A stretch of DNA of 64,000 nucleotides from an uncultured virus (IMG/VR IMGVR_UViG_3300031912_000001) (taxonomy: Duplodnaviria > Heunggongvirae > Uroviricota > Caudoviricetes). A program made the position numbers and the translations under genes. Shown here piece by piece: positions 9,961 to 22,600 of this stretch. The stretch lies in the IMG/VR virus record IMGVR_UViG_3300031912_000001, one strand, 5' to 3'. Below the pieces are notes generated by a model. The model did no database searches and had not been told where the DNA came from. It worked only from the letters and a program-made list of their open reading frames with translations. Within the stretch, counting starts at the first letter, position 1, and every line of letters starts with the position of its first letter.

Positions 9961-10589
9961 CGCCGCTCACCCGTCTCCCGGTCCACCCACTCCTCAGTGA
10001 TGACCGGCGTCACCGACCACGGCGGCGCCAGCTGTTGGCCCGGGTCGCCGTCACGGATCGCGGCGAGCCGGCGCGTGTCGGGCGGCAGGTGATGATCGCT
10101 CGAGCGATGCTCGGGCGTCAGCTCTTCCGCGGCGTCGTCGGGGGCTCGGGAGTCCACCCACGTGTAGGCGCCCTCACGCACACCCGGCGCGGTGTAAGCC
10201 CGTTTCTTGATGTATTTACGCCCCGACGACCGGAACCCCAAAAGCGCCAGCGTCCACGCGATCGCCACCTTGGGCTGCGTCATGTGCATCCCGCTCAGGT
10301 CCACGACGTGCCCGTCGGGGTCGTTGGGGTAGTCCAGCGCGTCGTAGATCTCGAGGTAGGCGGCCTGCACCTTCAACATCTCGAGCGCCCGTCTGCGTTC
10401 CTCCCCGGTCAACCCGGCCTGCTCGATGGTTTTCGGGGTCAGCTCGCCGCGCTCCCCGAACTGCAACCGCGGCGCACCACCGTTGCGCGGGTCGTACGGA
10501 TTGGTGCCGGTGAACCCGTACCGGGAGTTGGTCCGGTTGTTGTACGGACCCGACGAGCGGGACTGACCTTCAACAATTTTCTCGTCCAT
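9957..10589 (-). CDS. minor tail protein, DUF2744-like
   Basis: Position after the hub gene; IAWTLALLGFR...IKKR...WV pattern. Confidence 0.55.
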   Translation of the reverse strand: MDEKIVEGQSRSSGPYNNRTNSRYGFTGTNPYDPRNGGAPRLQFGERGELTPKTIEQAGLTGEERRRALEMLKVQAAYLEIYDALDYPNDPDGHVVDLSGMHMTQPKVAIAWTLALLGFRSSGRKYIKKRAYTAPGVREGAYTWVDSRAPDDAAEELTPEHRSSDHHLPPDTRRLAAIRDGDPGQQLAPPWSVTPVITEEWVDRETGERR

Positions 10590-10591
10590 AA

Positions 10592-12532
10592 TTACGCCTC
10601 GAACAGGGTCCCTTCTCCAGCGAATTCTGATATCAAACCGTAGACCGCCGCTATCGTTTTGAACGCAGCGTTGAACGGGTCACCTTTTTGTTTGTCCTCC
10701 CCGATTTTTATATTCACTGTCAGCGCCTTATCCCAGGACCATTCCCGTTTTATGCCGTGCACATTGTCGACGTAAATAATTCCGTTTTCCTCAATCCCGA
10801 CCCGGTCCCCGAGGTAATAGTCGATGTCGGCCATCCACGGATGCCCGTTGATGGTGTCGGCCTTGAACGCGGCGAAAGCCCTTGTCTTCCAGTCCCCGTC
10901 ACGCAGCGTAAGAACACTAGCCAGCGTGTAGGCGGTGCCGGTGCCCTGCTCGAAATGCTCCTGCCACGCCACATCCCCGGAATACAATGCGCGAATAGGG
11001 TCGGTGAATCTTTGCCACGCAAAAAGTGTATTGTCCAACTGGCCCTGATAAAGATTATCGAGGCCCGGCGTGAACGGAACCTGCGTTTCACCGGACTGAT
11101 CCGCCAAACCGATCCACGTATTTATGACGTCGGACAACTGCGACAAACCGTAACGAATAGCAAACGTCTGCGCCTCGTTCACAATGACAGGGGATTTCGA
11201 CCCCGTCATGATCGTCTTGACCGACCCCTTATGCCACGTCAGATCGGTCGTGATGATCCCGTTGTACGTCCCGTCCCACCAAATCACCTTCGGCACCGCC
11301 GGCGCCACCAGGGTCAGCTGCTCGATCAGATACGTCGACCCGACACCGGCCGCGTCCTCCACCGGCTCCCCATTCAAGACCTGCCCCGGGTCGAACGTGT
11401 TACCGGTCGTCAAATCCACCGTCACCGGGGTAATCAAGTCATCGAGCGTGACCGCCACCGTCGACAACAAACCGTCCAGCGCAGTCCCCGTCGGCCCGGT
11501 GCGCCCATCCTTCTGCTCGAAGGAGAACACGCAGCAGTTGCGGATCGGGGCGACCAGCTGATCGATGGTCTGGTCGAGCTGGGACACGTCGACCCCGAAC
11601 AGCATCCCCAAAAGGTCGGGTATCACGTTGAGGATGCTGGCCAGCTCCCCGTTCGGCGAGACCGGGTCGCTCGTGAGGTACGTGTAGCAGCGCATCACGC
11701 AACCGGAGTCGGTCAGGATGTCCTTGAACGTTTTGTACCAATCAGTCCAGGTGGCGCCGATCGCCGTCCACCGCGACTGGTCCAGCACCGGGTCGACGAA
11801 CGCGACCTGGATCGGCCACGCGGTCGGCAGGAAGTTCAGAACCGCGTCCGGGCCAAGCGGGTTGATCCAGCCGGCCGGGTTGAAGATGTTGGTGATCGTG
11901 GACCAGCCCGGCATGAACAGCCGGCCCAGGTTGATGAACGCGGTCAACGCGCAGATGGAGCGACACGGGCCGGGCAGCACCCACATGCGGGGCAGCTGGA
12001 CCTCCGGCGGGAAGATCGGATTCGCGGCCACGAGAAGCCGTTTCGCGTGCTCAAAGAAGGACAGGGCGGTCAGTTCGATCTCGTGGATGCCCTTGTCGTC
12101 CTTCTTGACGTGGATTTCGGTGATCTTGCCGCCCCACCGTTTCCGGTAGTCCTGCTGCGTGGGGATCGGGTCGATCAGAAGGTGCAGGTCTTGGATCAAC
12201 TGGGTCTGGTTGGTCATGTAGTCGGTGAGCCAGTTGTCGTACAGGATCTTCACCGTGCACTTGCCGGTGTCGTCCATCAGTTCCTCGACGCTGGCGTCGA
12301 TCTCACCCTCGAGGGTCTGCATAATGTCAAGGTTCGAGTCGGCCAACCGGATCAGCGGCTTCTGCTTCGAGCTCATGATGGTGGTCAGCCGCACCCCGTT
12401 GAGATACGCCGCGGTCTGGCACGGCTCGAGCGCCATGTCCGGCACGTTCGCGGCGCCGGGGGTGGGCAGCGCCCCGTCGACCCACTGCGTGAACTTCAAA
12501 CCGGGCGCGGACTGCTGCAATGCCTGACTCAT
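10592..12532 (-). CDS. minor tail protein (baseplate hub-like)
   Basis: 646 aa, second gene after the tape measure; RWGGKI, NPIFPPEVQLP and DYYLGDRVG motifs. Confidence 0.8.
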   Translation of the reverse strand: MSQALQQSAPGLKFTQWVDGALPTPGAANVPDMALEPCQTAAYLNGVRLTTIMSSKQKPLIRLADSNLDIMQTLEGEIDASVEELMDDTGKCTVKILYDNWLTDYMTNQTQLIQDLHLLIDPIPTQQDYRKRWGGKITEIHVKKDDKGIHEIELTALSFFEHAKRLLVAANPIFPPEVQLPRMWVLPGPCRSICALTAFINLGRLFMPGWSTITNIFNPAGWINPLGPDAVLNFLPTAWPIQVAFVDPVLDQSRWTAIGATWTDWYKTFKDILTDSGCVMRCYTYLTSDPVSPNGELASILNVIPDLLGMLFGVDVSQLDQTIDQLVAPIRNCCVFSFEQKDGRTGPTGTALDGLLSTVAVTLDDLITPVTVDLTTGNTFDPGQVLNGEPVEDAAGVGSTYLIEQLTLVAPAVPKVIWWDGTYNGIITTDLTWHKGSVKTIMTGSKSPVIVNEAQTFAIRYGLSQLSDVINTWIGLADQSGETQVPFTPGLDNLYQGQLDNTLFAWQRFTDPIRALYSGDVAWQEHFEQGTGTAYTLASVLTLRDGDWKTRAFAAFKADTINGHPWMADIDYYLGDRVGIEENGIIYVDNVHGIKREWSWDKALTVNIKIGEDKQKGDPFNAAFKTIAAVYGLISEFAGEGTLFEA

Positions 12533-13695
12533 CAGCGGCTCCGCTTATAACGCTGCGGGACCACGGCCAAGATCTGCCCGTTCGGGTCGGAATGCGCGAC
12601 GGTCAGATTCACCACCGTCTGCGGCGGGATCGCGAAAATAAACTTGCCGTTAAACGTCAACTGCAGCGGCAAGCCCTCGTTGGCGATACCGGACAGGAAG
12701 AAGTCCAAGATGATGGACTGGCGGATGATATCGAAAATCAAGTTGTCCCGCGGGTCATTAGCCGCGGTCAACGTCCGATGCGACGGCTCGGTGTCACACA
12801 TGTACGTTCCGACCGACGGCTGGGTGTAAGGCAACGCCACCAGCCGGGTGGAGTCGTTGTCCTGAACGATCGCCTGCCCCGGGGACGAGACGAAAAACGT
12901 TGCGTAGGACGGCAGATCGCCGCGATTAGCCAGCGGCAGAGTTCCCCAATAGTACATATTCAGGCCGGTGATGTCGTCGATCAGGCTGACCAGCGGGTCC
13001 AAGATTCCTGACAGGATTCCCCCGCCGGCCGGCGGCGGCATCGCCGGTCCGGCGGTGTTGGCCGAGAACAGCTTGTATAGGGCGGGTTTGGTGAAGTAGG
13101 GCCGGGCGGCGATCCAGTTGATGTTCCACTGCGACGCGTTGTTGCCGTAGGCGGTGGGGTCCAGTTTCTGCGGCGATTTGACGGTTTCGTTGGGCCGCAC
13201 CGGTATCCACCGCCACCCGGAATATCGGGTGTACACACCCAGCCAGCCGTCGTTGGCTTCGTCCTGGCCGGCCCACCAATGGTCCTCGGCGAGGCGGTAC
13301 TGATATTCGGTCATGGGTGGGGCCTGCGATCCGATGATGATGCCGACGTCGAACATCCGCTCGGGGATGTTTTGGCGCTCGATCGACGCGCCGAACATGT
13401 AGGGGGAGTTGACCAGCACCTGTTTGAACGGCCACTGCTGATCGCCCTCCACCTGGGTGGCCAGCCGCACTCCTTCGCGGCCCTTCGACGGCCCGGCGAG
13501 GTTGAAGATGTAATCCTGCGCGGGTGTCAGATAGACGACGTGGGTCATCATGCCGCGCACTGCGGGCGGCAGTTGCAGGAAGTCGACGGGGTTGATCAGG
13601 GCGGGGAAGTAGGCGGCGGTGTGGGTGCCGGGGAAGGTGATCTCGGGTCCGGTGACGATGCTGGGGGTGACCCCGATGCTGGGGGAGATTCTCAT
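12532..13695 (-). CDS. minor tail protein (distal tail, Dit-like)
   Basis: First gene after the tape measure; FNLAGP..GREGV, GWRWIPVR and NRGDLP motifs. Confidence 0.75.
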   Translation of the reverse strand: MRISPSIGVTPSIVTGPEITFPGTHTAAYFPALINPVDFLQLPPAVRGMMTHVVYLTPAQDYIFNLAGPSKGREGVRLATQVEGDQQWPFKQVLVNSPYMFGASIERQNIPERMFDVGIIIGSQAPPMTEYQYRLAEDHWWAGQDEANDGWLGVYTRYSGWRWIPVRPNETVKSPQKLDPTAYGNNASQWNINWIAARPYFTKPALYKLFSANTAGPAMPPPAGGGILSGILDPLVSLIDDITGLNMYYWGTLPLANRGDLPSYATFFVSSPGQAIVQDNDSTRLVALPYTQPSVGTYMCDTEPSHRTLTAANDPRDNLIFDIIRQSIILDFFLSGIANEGLPLQLTFNGKFIFAIPPQTVVNLTVAHSDPNGQILAVVPQRYKRSR

Positions 13696-13696
13696 G

Positions 13697-16600
13697 TCAT
13701 CCGCCTAACGTCATTCCGCCGACCGAGCCGCCGGACATGGCGGGGGCGCGGGTGCCGGCGTTGACGGCCTGCTGGGCCTGGGCGTTGAACACGTGGCCGG
13801 GGGTGACGCCGTTGTTGTTGATGTTGACCTGGGTGCCGATGTTGCCGCCGACGTCGGTGCGGCGCACCGCGGCCGTCGCGAGCTGGGGCGCGCCGGCGGG
13901 GCCTTCGCTTCGCACCATCGCGGGGGTGACCGACGCCGCCGATGGTGGGGCGTGGGCGCTGTCGCGGCCGTAGGTGTAGGAGGGGCCGCCGTATCCGAAT
14001 GTGGCGGGGGACACGATGTTACGGGCGAACGGGGCGCCCTGGCCGCCGGTGTAGCCGTCGGCGGTGGGCAGGCCGATCGCTTTGGCGACGTGGTCGGGCA
14101 GCGGCGCGGCAGGTGCCGGGGCGCTCGGCGCGGCCGGGGTCGGCGCGCCCGGTGTGGTGGCCCGCGCGGCGGCCATCTGTTGGGGGGTGGGTGGTTTGAC
14201 GCCGGGCAGGTTCAGTTCACCGCGCGCCCAGGCTTGCATCATCGCGGAGCGGGCCGGGTGCATCAGCCAGTCCCCCATGTTGCTGAGGTTCAGTCCACCC
14301 CCGCCACCGCCGCCCCCGGCTGGGGTGCCGCCGTCGCCGTACCCGAACGTGGCGGGGGACACGATGTTGCCGCCGAACGGGGCGGCCTGGCCGCCGCCCT
14401 GCAACGGCGCCAGCGGGTTGGTCGGGTTGAGGTTGGGTCCCTGCACCGGCTGGTTGTTCTCATCGAGCCAGTTGTTTGTGGCGGTGTCCCAGTGCGGCGG
14501 CGGGCGCGGCGGCGCTGGTGGACCCGGCGGTTGTTGCGGATTCCACGGCGGCTGCGGCGCCGCGCCGGGTGGCGGGAAGAATCCCTGCCCAGGCCCGCCG
14601 CCGACCGGCTGCCCGCCCGGCGGCGGCGGTGGTGGTGGCGGTGGTGGGGGTGCCGGTACAACGATCTTCGCGCCGCTGTCCTGGTTGTAAATCTCGCCAG
14701 GTACTTCCTTGGCGTCCTTACCCTTCCCTTTCATCAGTTGCTGGTTGCCGCCGCCCATCGGCTTCCACCATTCATCCGGCCCGTGCGGTGGAAGCTTGTT
14801 CACCGTTGGCGCCTGCGCCGGCTGGCCTGTGCCCTGTGTCGGCGGGACCGGTTTCGGTCCCTTGCCCGGCGGGTAGTAGCGCTTCGTTTCGCTGCTGTAG
14901 CTCCAGCCCTGCTCGACGGTGCCGTGCGCTTTGAGGTAGCCACCGTCCTCGGGGTCGGGGATGTCCTTGGTGCCGTCCGGCAGGGTGTACACGCCCTGCG
15001 CGTCGGGGGTTTCCGTGGCGCCGGGCTGACCTGGCTGCGTGGGCGCGGCGGGGAACTGTCCCTGATCCGCCGGACCCGGCAACGGCCCGGTGCCCTGCGG
15101 CACCGGCAAGCCGCCGACGGCGGGGATGCCCTGAGCGGCGGGCAGCCCCTCCCCGATCGCGTTGGCGATGTTCAACGCGTAGGACGCCCCGCCGGCGAAC
15201 AGCTTCCAGATCCCCCACTGCCACGGCGGTTTCCCGAACACGTCACCGAAACCGAGCTCTTGGGCCATGCCCTTGATCAGCCCGGCGCCCATCGCGGCGG
15301 CATTCGAGTCGGGGCTGGTCGCCGCCTCCGCCGCCTTGCCTTCCCACGGCGGCGCGTTGAACATCTCCTGCTCCTCCGCGTCGGTGGTGTCACTCAACGA
15401 GGTCTGGGCGTGGCTGAGCGCTTTGCTGGTTTGGACTTGGTTGGCGAGGGCCTCACGCAGCTCCTTCTCCGCTTTGGACAGCCGGGAGTTCGTGTCGGCT
15501 CGCTCCCGCGCCGCCCAAGCCTCATACTCAGCCGACCCGACCTGCGCGTGGGTGATTTTGGTGCCCTCATCGATGGCGGCCTGCAACTCGGTTCTCGCGT
15601 TTGACACCCGGATGGTCGCGCCCTGGTCGTTCTGTTGGGCGGTAGCAAGATCGGTGGTGGAGGTGGCGAGACGTTCCTGCGCGCGCTTGGCCTTTTCCAG
15701 CCAGTCGCTGAGCTTTTTCAACTCGGGGATAGTCTGGCCGGTGATCTGCGATATCTGTTCAGGACCCGCCCCGGCGGGCACACCGGGCATGTGCCACGGC
15801 TGCTCGAACCAGCCGTACGGTGTCTCGATCGCGGTCGCCGACGGTCTCGGTGCACCGGCCGGCGCGATCGGCTGCGCCCAGCTCGGCGGCGGCTCCAGCA
15901 GCGGCTGGCCGGGTCCAACCGGTGCGGGCACCGTCGGCACGTTCGGGTCACCGTGACGGCCCCGCCCGGTCACCAAAATGATCTTGGTAGTGCCGGTGGT
16001 GGGGTCGGTGTCCGAAGGTTGGTCGATGGTGTCGTCGGGGCCGTCACCGCCCAGCATGCCCGACGGTGACGGCACGATCGGACCATTGGCGCCTATCGCC
16101 GCGCCGCCCAGCTGCAGGCCCAGCGCCCGCGACAGCCACGGCGGCAGGATCGCCTTGAGAGCGGCCCGCGCCTGCGCGGAGCCGATTCTGTGCGTCCCGC
16201 CGCGGCCGGAGGTGGCCGCGTAGGTGGACCCGGAAAGCCCGCTCGCCCACGACGCTTGAGCGCCGGCGCCTGTCGACACCATCGCCGACGCGAAGCTTTT
16301 CAACCGGGCGGTTTCCTCCGGTGTGTAGCTCAGCCCGGACATGTCGGCCTTGCCGACCGGCCACCAGTCCAGGCCGTGATTCTTGCCGCCATGCTCCTGA
16401 TGCCCCGGATAGGTCGACGCGTACAGCCCGTAGCGGCGGCCCAGCTGCGCGATCCACGGGAAGCCGGCCGACGCGAACTCGGGGTGCTCGTGCCCGCCGC
16501 CGGGCAGGTTGGTGCCGATCGGCATCCCGTACGGCTCCCCGTTCGGGCCGGTTTCGAAGCTGGTGTGAACGTGGCCGTGGTGCCCGCTCCAGTCTTCGTT

Positions 16601-19600
16601 GTAATACCCCGGCTGGCTGGTGCCCGGCCCGACCTTCCCGTACGGCGCGGCCTCCCCGAAATACTCCTGGGTTCCCGGCGGGTTGTAGATGACCTGCAGA
16701 ACGCCGGTCCCGCCGCCGTACGCGCGGCGCAGCAGCTGCCCCTGATTCATCGCGTGCAACAGGCCGGCCGGGGCGGTACCGGGCGGGATGACCCGCTCAC
16801 CGGGTTCGGTGATGATCGGGATCATCCCGCCCGCGGCCATACCGAGCATCTGATCGAGGATGTCGCGGTACTGCATGGAACGATGCCGATTCATGATGAA
16901 CGTGCCCGACGGGACGTTCATCGGGACGGTGTCGCGGCCCGGCAAGTGGTAGCCCTTGATGTGCCCGCCGCCCGCGAAGCCCTCGGAGTCGCTGCCCAGG
17001 ATCTGGTCCCAGAAACTCTTGTGATCGGCGCCGCCGCCGCCTTGAGGCATCGTGAAACCCAGCTCACCCAACATGCCCTGCAGGAACCCCGCCAAAAGGC
17101 TCTTCCCGCCGCCGTCCCCGCCCAGTTGCAGACCGATCCGGCCACCCAGCGCGGAGTACCCGACCTGCACGCCGCTCGCCTCACCAATGTCAGCCAAACC
17201 GGCCGGGTGTCGACGGATAGTGCGGATCGACGCGCGGATGTTCTGCACCGGGTCGATCAACTGGTCGGCCGGGATTCCCACCGCCGCCGCGGTGGGGCCG
17301 ATGACCTGCGCCAGCCCGATCGACGGATGCCTGGGCCAGTTCTCGTCGTACATGTTGATCGAGTTGGGGTCACCCGGCGTGCCGGCGCCCGATTCTAGGG
17401 AGATGACCCGCTGCATCCCGTCCAGCCAAGGGATGCCGCCGCCGCCGTCGGCGTGGGGGTCCAGCCCCTCGGCGCGCAGCGCGGCCAGCGTCCATTTCAT
17501 GACGAACAGCCGTTTGAGCGCGGTGCTGGCCGCGCGCCACGCGTTGACCGGGATGACGCCGGTGGTGATGTCGCCGACGTCGTGCGGTGCCCATTCGCTG
17601 GGAACGATCTTGGACGGGTCATATCCCGCGTTGCCGCCGTCATCGAAGCCTCGCCACGGGAACGCCGGGTCGTTGGGGATCACGGCCGGCCCGGGGTCGG
17701 GGAACCCGATGTGCGGCGGCCAGTCGTCCCACGCTTTCGGGTCCTGGGGGAACGGCGGCTGGGTCGGGTCGGGATAGTTCGGCCAGAGCGGGAACCACGG
17801 TATGCGCCCGTGCGGCTGCTCGGGGAACATGCCCCGGCCACCCGGCCCCAGCACTTTTCGCTGCTTGCCCGGATCGGGCGTGAACGGCACCGCGCCGGTG
17901 GCGAACCCGCCGTCCGCGTAGTTTCTGCCGATCTGCCAGTGCGCCCACGCCGCCGCCGGGGTGTGATAACGGCTCTTGATGTAGTTGACCATCGCCACGA
18001 GCTGCTGATACGGGGTCAGCGCCTGCGCGGCGGCGACGCTGGTGACCTGCGGGAAAGGCCCAAAGGTGCGGTAGTTGGACAGCGTCAACTGGCCCAATCC
18101 GACGGTGTTGTCACCTTTGATCGCGTTGGAGTCGACCCAGTTGACATTCTTCGGGTCCCAACTGGATTCGCCGGGAATGATGTTGTTGATGTACTGGGCG
18201 TCGCTGGCCGGGAAACCGCCTTGGGCCATGTGGGACCAGAACTTCGCGCTAGTGCCCGGCAGCCCGACATGCGGCGCCAAATGCGTCGGCTCGTGATAGG
18301 ACAGCGACGCCCGCGCGTGACCGCCGTGCTGCAACCCCGGGAAAAGACCCGGATTCATGGCGATGAACGCGCCAGCCTTAAGATCCTCCCAGTTTTGGTG
18401 ACCTTTCGGTCCGTAGGTTCCCCACTTCTCCATCGGGTCGAACGGCTGAACGATGTCGCCCTCGGCGAACCCGGCGAAACCACCGCGGAACAGGGCCGCG
18501 ACGACCTGGTCCTGCATCGGGCCGCCCGGACCCGGACCCGGACTCACACCGTCCGCAGCGGAAGGCGACGACAATGAGTCCCCGCCGTCGGGCAGCGTGG
18601 CGCCAGCAGCCAGCTTCAACTTGACGTCGATGCTCACACCGTCGCTGGTCTGGTTCTTCGACGGGATGCCGATCGCCGTCATCACATCCTCGGTGGACTT
18701 AGACTCGGCGTTCTTGGTGTCCAGGCTGGTCGGGACCGACACACCGGGCATCGACACACCCTCGGACTGCACCGTGCCCTGATACTTGTCGGGGATACCG
18801 ACCCGGGTCATGGTGTCGGCCTCATCCATCGGCTGCGGCGTCGTCAACGCGATCGACGCGGGCAGCGTGATCGCCTCCGACAGGCTGGTGCCCGTCCGCA
18901 TGTTCTCTGGGATCGCCGCCGCGTCGAGCACGGTGCCGCCGGTCGCGAAGCTTTGTATCGGGCCGCCGGCGTTCATCGCGTCCAGCAGCGGCCCCCACTT
19001 CTCCGACGCCGCGAGGTTCATCACCTTCTCACCGGCGGTCAGCATCGCCGGCACATCATCGACACCGCCGGAACCGCCGGTCACCGTCCCGCCGCTCGCC
19101 AAGAACAGGCCGATGATGTCCTGCCAGTGCTGCTGAAACCAGTTCTTGTGTTCCGGCGCCGCTGGGGTGGTCGACGGCCCCTGCTGCGGCTCCCCCGGCT
19201 TCGTCTCCGTGGCGACTCCCGGTGTCCCGCCACCCAACCCGAGCAGATCCCGCAGCGCCTTGGCCTGATCGGGCGGCAAACCCTTGAAGTCGAGGAACAC
19301 GTCGGCGTGTATCCCGTCGGGTTTAGCCAGCTCGGAGGGCACCCCGATGTCGTCGTGTAGGTATTGCTCCACGGTTTTGCCGGGCGGCACCTCCACCTTG
19401 AACTCGATGTTTCTGGTGATGTCCGCGAATTGGGCACCGTACTTGGTGTTCAGGAACTGCTCGAGGTCGTTGAGTTCCTCCTGGGTGTGGGCCTTGATCT
19501 GGGTGATCTTCCCGGTGGTCTTGTCGCCGATGATGTCGATGCCCCGCTGGGCGAAGTTACCTACGACCTCATCCCAGGCGGCGGGGTCGATCGTCATTCC

Positions 19601-22600
19601 CGTTTGAAGGCTGCCGCCGAACGCGTCCTGCAGCTTGGCTGCTTCCATCCCGACCTGCTGATGGGTGGTGGGGTCGATCAGCGGTTTGGCGAATGTGGCG
19701 CGGCTGGCCTCCCACATCGCCGCCGCGTTCTGACTGTGCGACACCAGATCGGCCAGCGGCCCCTCCAATCCCTCCAGGCTGTTCCCGAGCGCGTCCAGCC
19801 CGGCGGCGCCCGTTCTCATCCAGGCACCAACGTCGAGGTTCAGCAGACCCCTCAAGGGTTCCATCGCCTTGCCGGTAGCGTCATGGATGCCCTGCATCGC
19901 CTTGACGAACCCGGTCGGGTCAAGCCAGGACGGGATTAGCGCGAACTTCGCGGTCATCATGTTGATCACGCCGTCGACGGCCATCAGCGCGATCACCGCA
20001 GCGTTCTTGAAGAACTCCACCGTGCCGGACATGCCGCGCATGATGCCGGCGAGGAAGTGGCTGATCCGAGATCCCCAGTCCAGCAGCTTCTCCCCGATCG
20101 CCCCGACGAACCCGATGAACTCGACCTGATGGGTCTGCAACCAAGTGGAGATCTTGTCGCCGACACCGGTCAGCGCGGTCACCAGCCCGGTGCCCAGCGG
20201 CGCCAACGCGGCACCAACCTGCTGGGACAACACCTCCAGCTCCTGCTCAAGATTCTTGGTGGCCTGCAGCGCCTCATCGAAGGGCTGCGTAAGCTTGACC
20301 CTCTGCGCGTCCACCGCCCTGCCGGCCGCGTCAGCGGCCAGCGGAATGCCCAGCCGCAGGCCGTCCATGTAGACCTCGGTGTTTTTCGCCGACCCCAAGA
20401 AAAACATCCCCCACCGCTCGGCCTCGCCCATGATCTTGCGTCCGGCCTCGGTACTGGTCCCACCGGCCTCGTCGATGCGGTGGATGAAGTCCATCAGCAC
20501 GGCGTTCATCTGCTCTTGGCTGATACCCGCCTTGTCCAGGGTCTCGGGCAGCTTCGCGATCGCGAACGGCAACCGCTCCATCGACGGACGCCCGAGCAGC
20601 TCGTTGAACTGGGTCATGACCAGCGCGGCACCATCCATCGAGAAACCCAGCGCCTGCCACGCCGGTGACGTGGCATCCAGGTCGCGAAGGAGGTCGTTGA
20701 CGGCGGCGCCGCTCTCCCGAACCAGGTTGATCAGGATCGTCAGCTCTTCGTTGGTTTTCTCCGGTTGCACATTGAACGCGTTGAACGCGGCGGTCAGGTT
20801 GTCGACGTTGATCTTGGTGTCGCCGAGCAGCTCGTTACCCTCGGCCAGCGTGGTCGCCAACTGCTCAATCTGCTGATTGGTCAGCCCAGCCCCGTTACCC
20901 AGACCCGACAGCCGCGTACCCAACTCCCCGACGATGTCGGCGACGTCCTTGAAATGCACCAAATCACCGGACGCGGCGATGTTGCGGACCATGTCCAAGT
21001 ACTCACCGAGCTTCTCGGTGCCCAACGTCTGACCGGCGATGGTGCGGGCGGCGTCCTGCCACTTATTACCGATGTCCATCAACGTGTCGGCGAACGTCCC
21101 CGCGAGGCTCTTGTACTCGTCGATCAACGCGAAGATCGCCCCGAACGCCTGCTCAACCGGGGCGATCAAACCCTTGAACGCCTCACCGATGATCGGGATA
21201 CGCCCCACCGTGTTGTCGATCTCGGTGTTGATGATGTTCAGCGGCAACTGAATCGACGTCTTCGCGACATCCTCGAACAGCGAAAACACCCGCCCGACGT
21301 CGGGCATCTTGCCCGCCACCACCGCCGCGAACGTGTCCATCAGTGTGTCGGCGGCTTCCTTACCGACCTTCGCGAACGCCCCGACCTCGTTTTCGACCAA
21401 CGCGACAACGTTCTTGATGTTCTCGACCGCGTTACGGGCGGCCTCGACGATCGCGGTGCCAACGGCGAGCTTCGCGAATCCCGACATCTTCTTGGCTGAC
21501 TGTTCCATCGCCTGGGCGGCCTCTTCGGAGAAGTTCTTAACCCCCGAGACCATCTGCCCGCCCATAGCCTTGGTCGCCTCGATGTGCTCCTTCCAAGCCT
21601 CGGTGGAACCTTTCTCAATGTTGGTGCGGAACACGTCGCCGGCCTCCTGGCCGGTGTCCCCGAAGAACTGCCGCACCATCGGACGCAAACCCGCCGGCAA
21701 GAAACGGCTGACCAGCGAACTGATAGTGGACGAGAATCCCGAGCTCATTCCCTGCGCCCCCTGCGCGCCGGCCTGCGCAAACGCCGGCGTCAAGGTGGTG
21801 CCCCACCGGCCCACCTTCCCCGCAAGAATTGATTCGAAATTGACCCTTTCCACCTCCTGGACCATGCGATTCACGCCGGCCTGAACGCCCGGAAGAATGC
21901 GGTTGAACTCATTTTCGACAAATATGGACAGGCGCCCGGAACCCAACGTGCTCACCGTCTGGGTGATCCCCCCGACCAGCGCCTGCCCGATAGCCGTGCC
22001 CCGCTCCTTGGCGCCGACTTGCTGCTCGATATCGAGTATGTGTGCCCATAGTGGACTGGCCGACAAATTCTGCATGGTCTGCAAAATGCCGCCGCTGAAT
22101 GCGTGCCCGGTACGCTGACCGGCCGCCGCCGCCTCAGGCTCCCCGCCGACGAACAGGTGCTGAACAGGCTGCAGCGCAGCCATCGCCTGCGCGAAACCGC
22201 TCTGCCACGACCGCCCGGTCCGCTCACCGGCCGCCGCAGCCACAGGCTCCCCGCTGATCAAAATCTGCCCCGGAACCGCCTGCAGCGCCGCCACAGCCTG
22301 CGCGAACCCACCCTTATACGCCTGCCCGTGAGCTGCACCAGCGGCCGCGGTCTCAGCCGTCTGGGTCAGCGCCAGCCGCGGCACCAGCCCCGCGGCCGCC
22401 ACAGTCTCCAACCAGCCGCCGCTGAACGCCTGCCCGTGCTGGCGACCAGCCGCCGCAGCGTAAGGCTCACCCTTCGCTAACCCCGCCGCCAGCGACGGAC
22501 CCAACGACGCCAACCCCGGATTGAAACCCCTACCGAACGCCTGCGCATGGCGCACACCCGCGGCCTCAACAGCCGGCTCAGCCCTGATCAACGCCCCCGC

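Noticed and set aside
10688..12550. 620-aa plus-strand ORF (also 13793..15604, 5564..6700, 26863..28482 and similar)
   Set aside because: Antisense or off-frame shadows of recognisable genes in high-GC DNA; no motifs or SD.
14500..14660. Poly-Pro and GGT/GGC runs as a DNA repeat element
   Set aside because: Explained by the low-complexity Pro/Gly coding tail of the tape measure protein.
15005..15018. CCACGGAAACCC inside the tape measure gene
   Set aside because: No -10-like hexamer at the 12-nt spacing; coding context.
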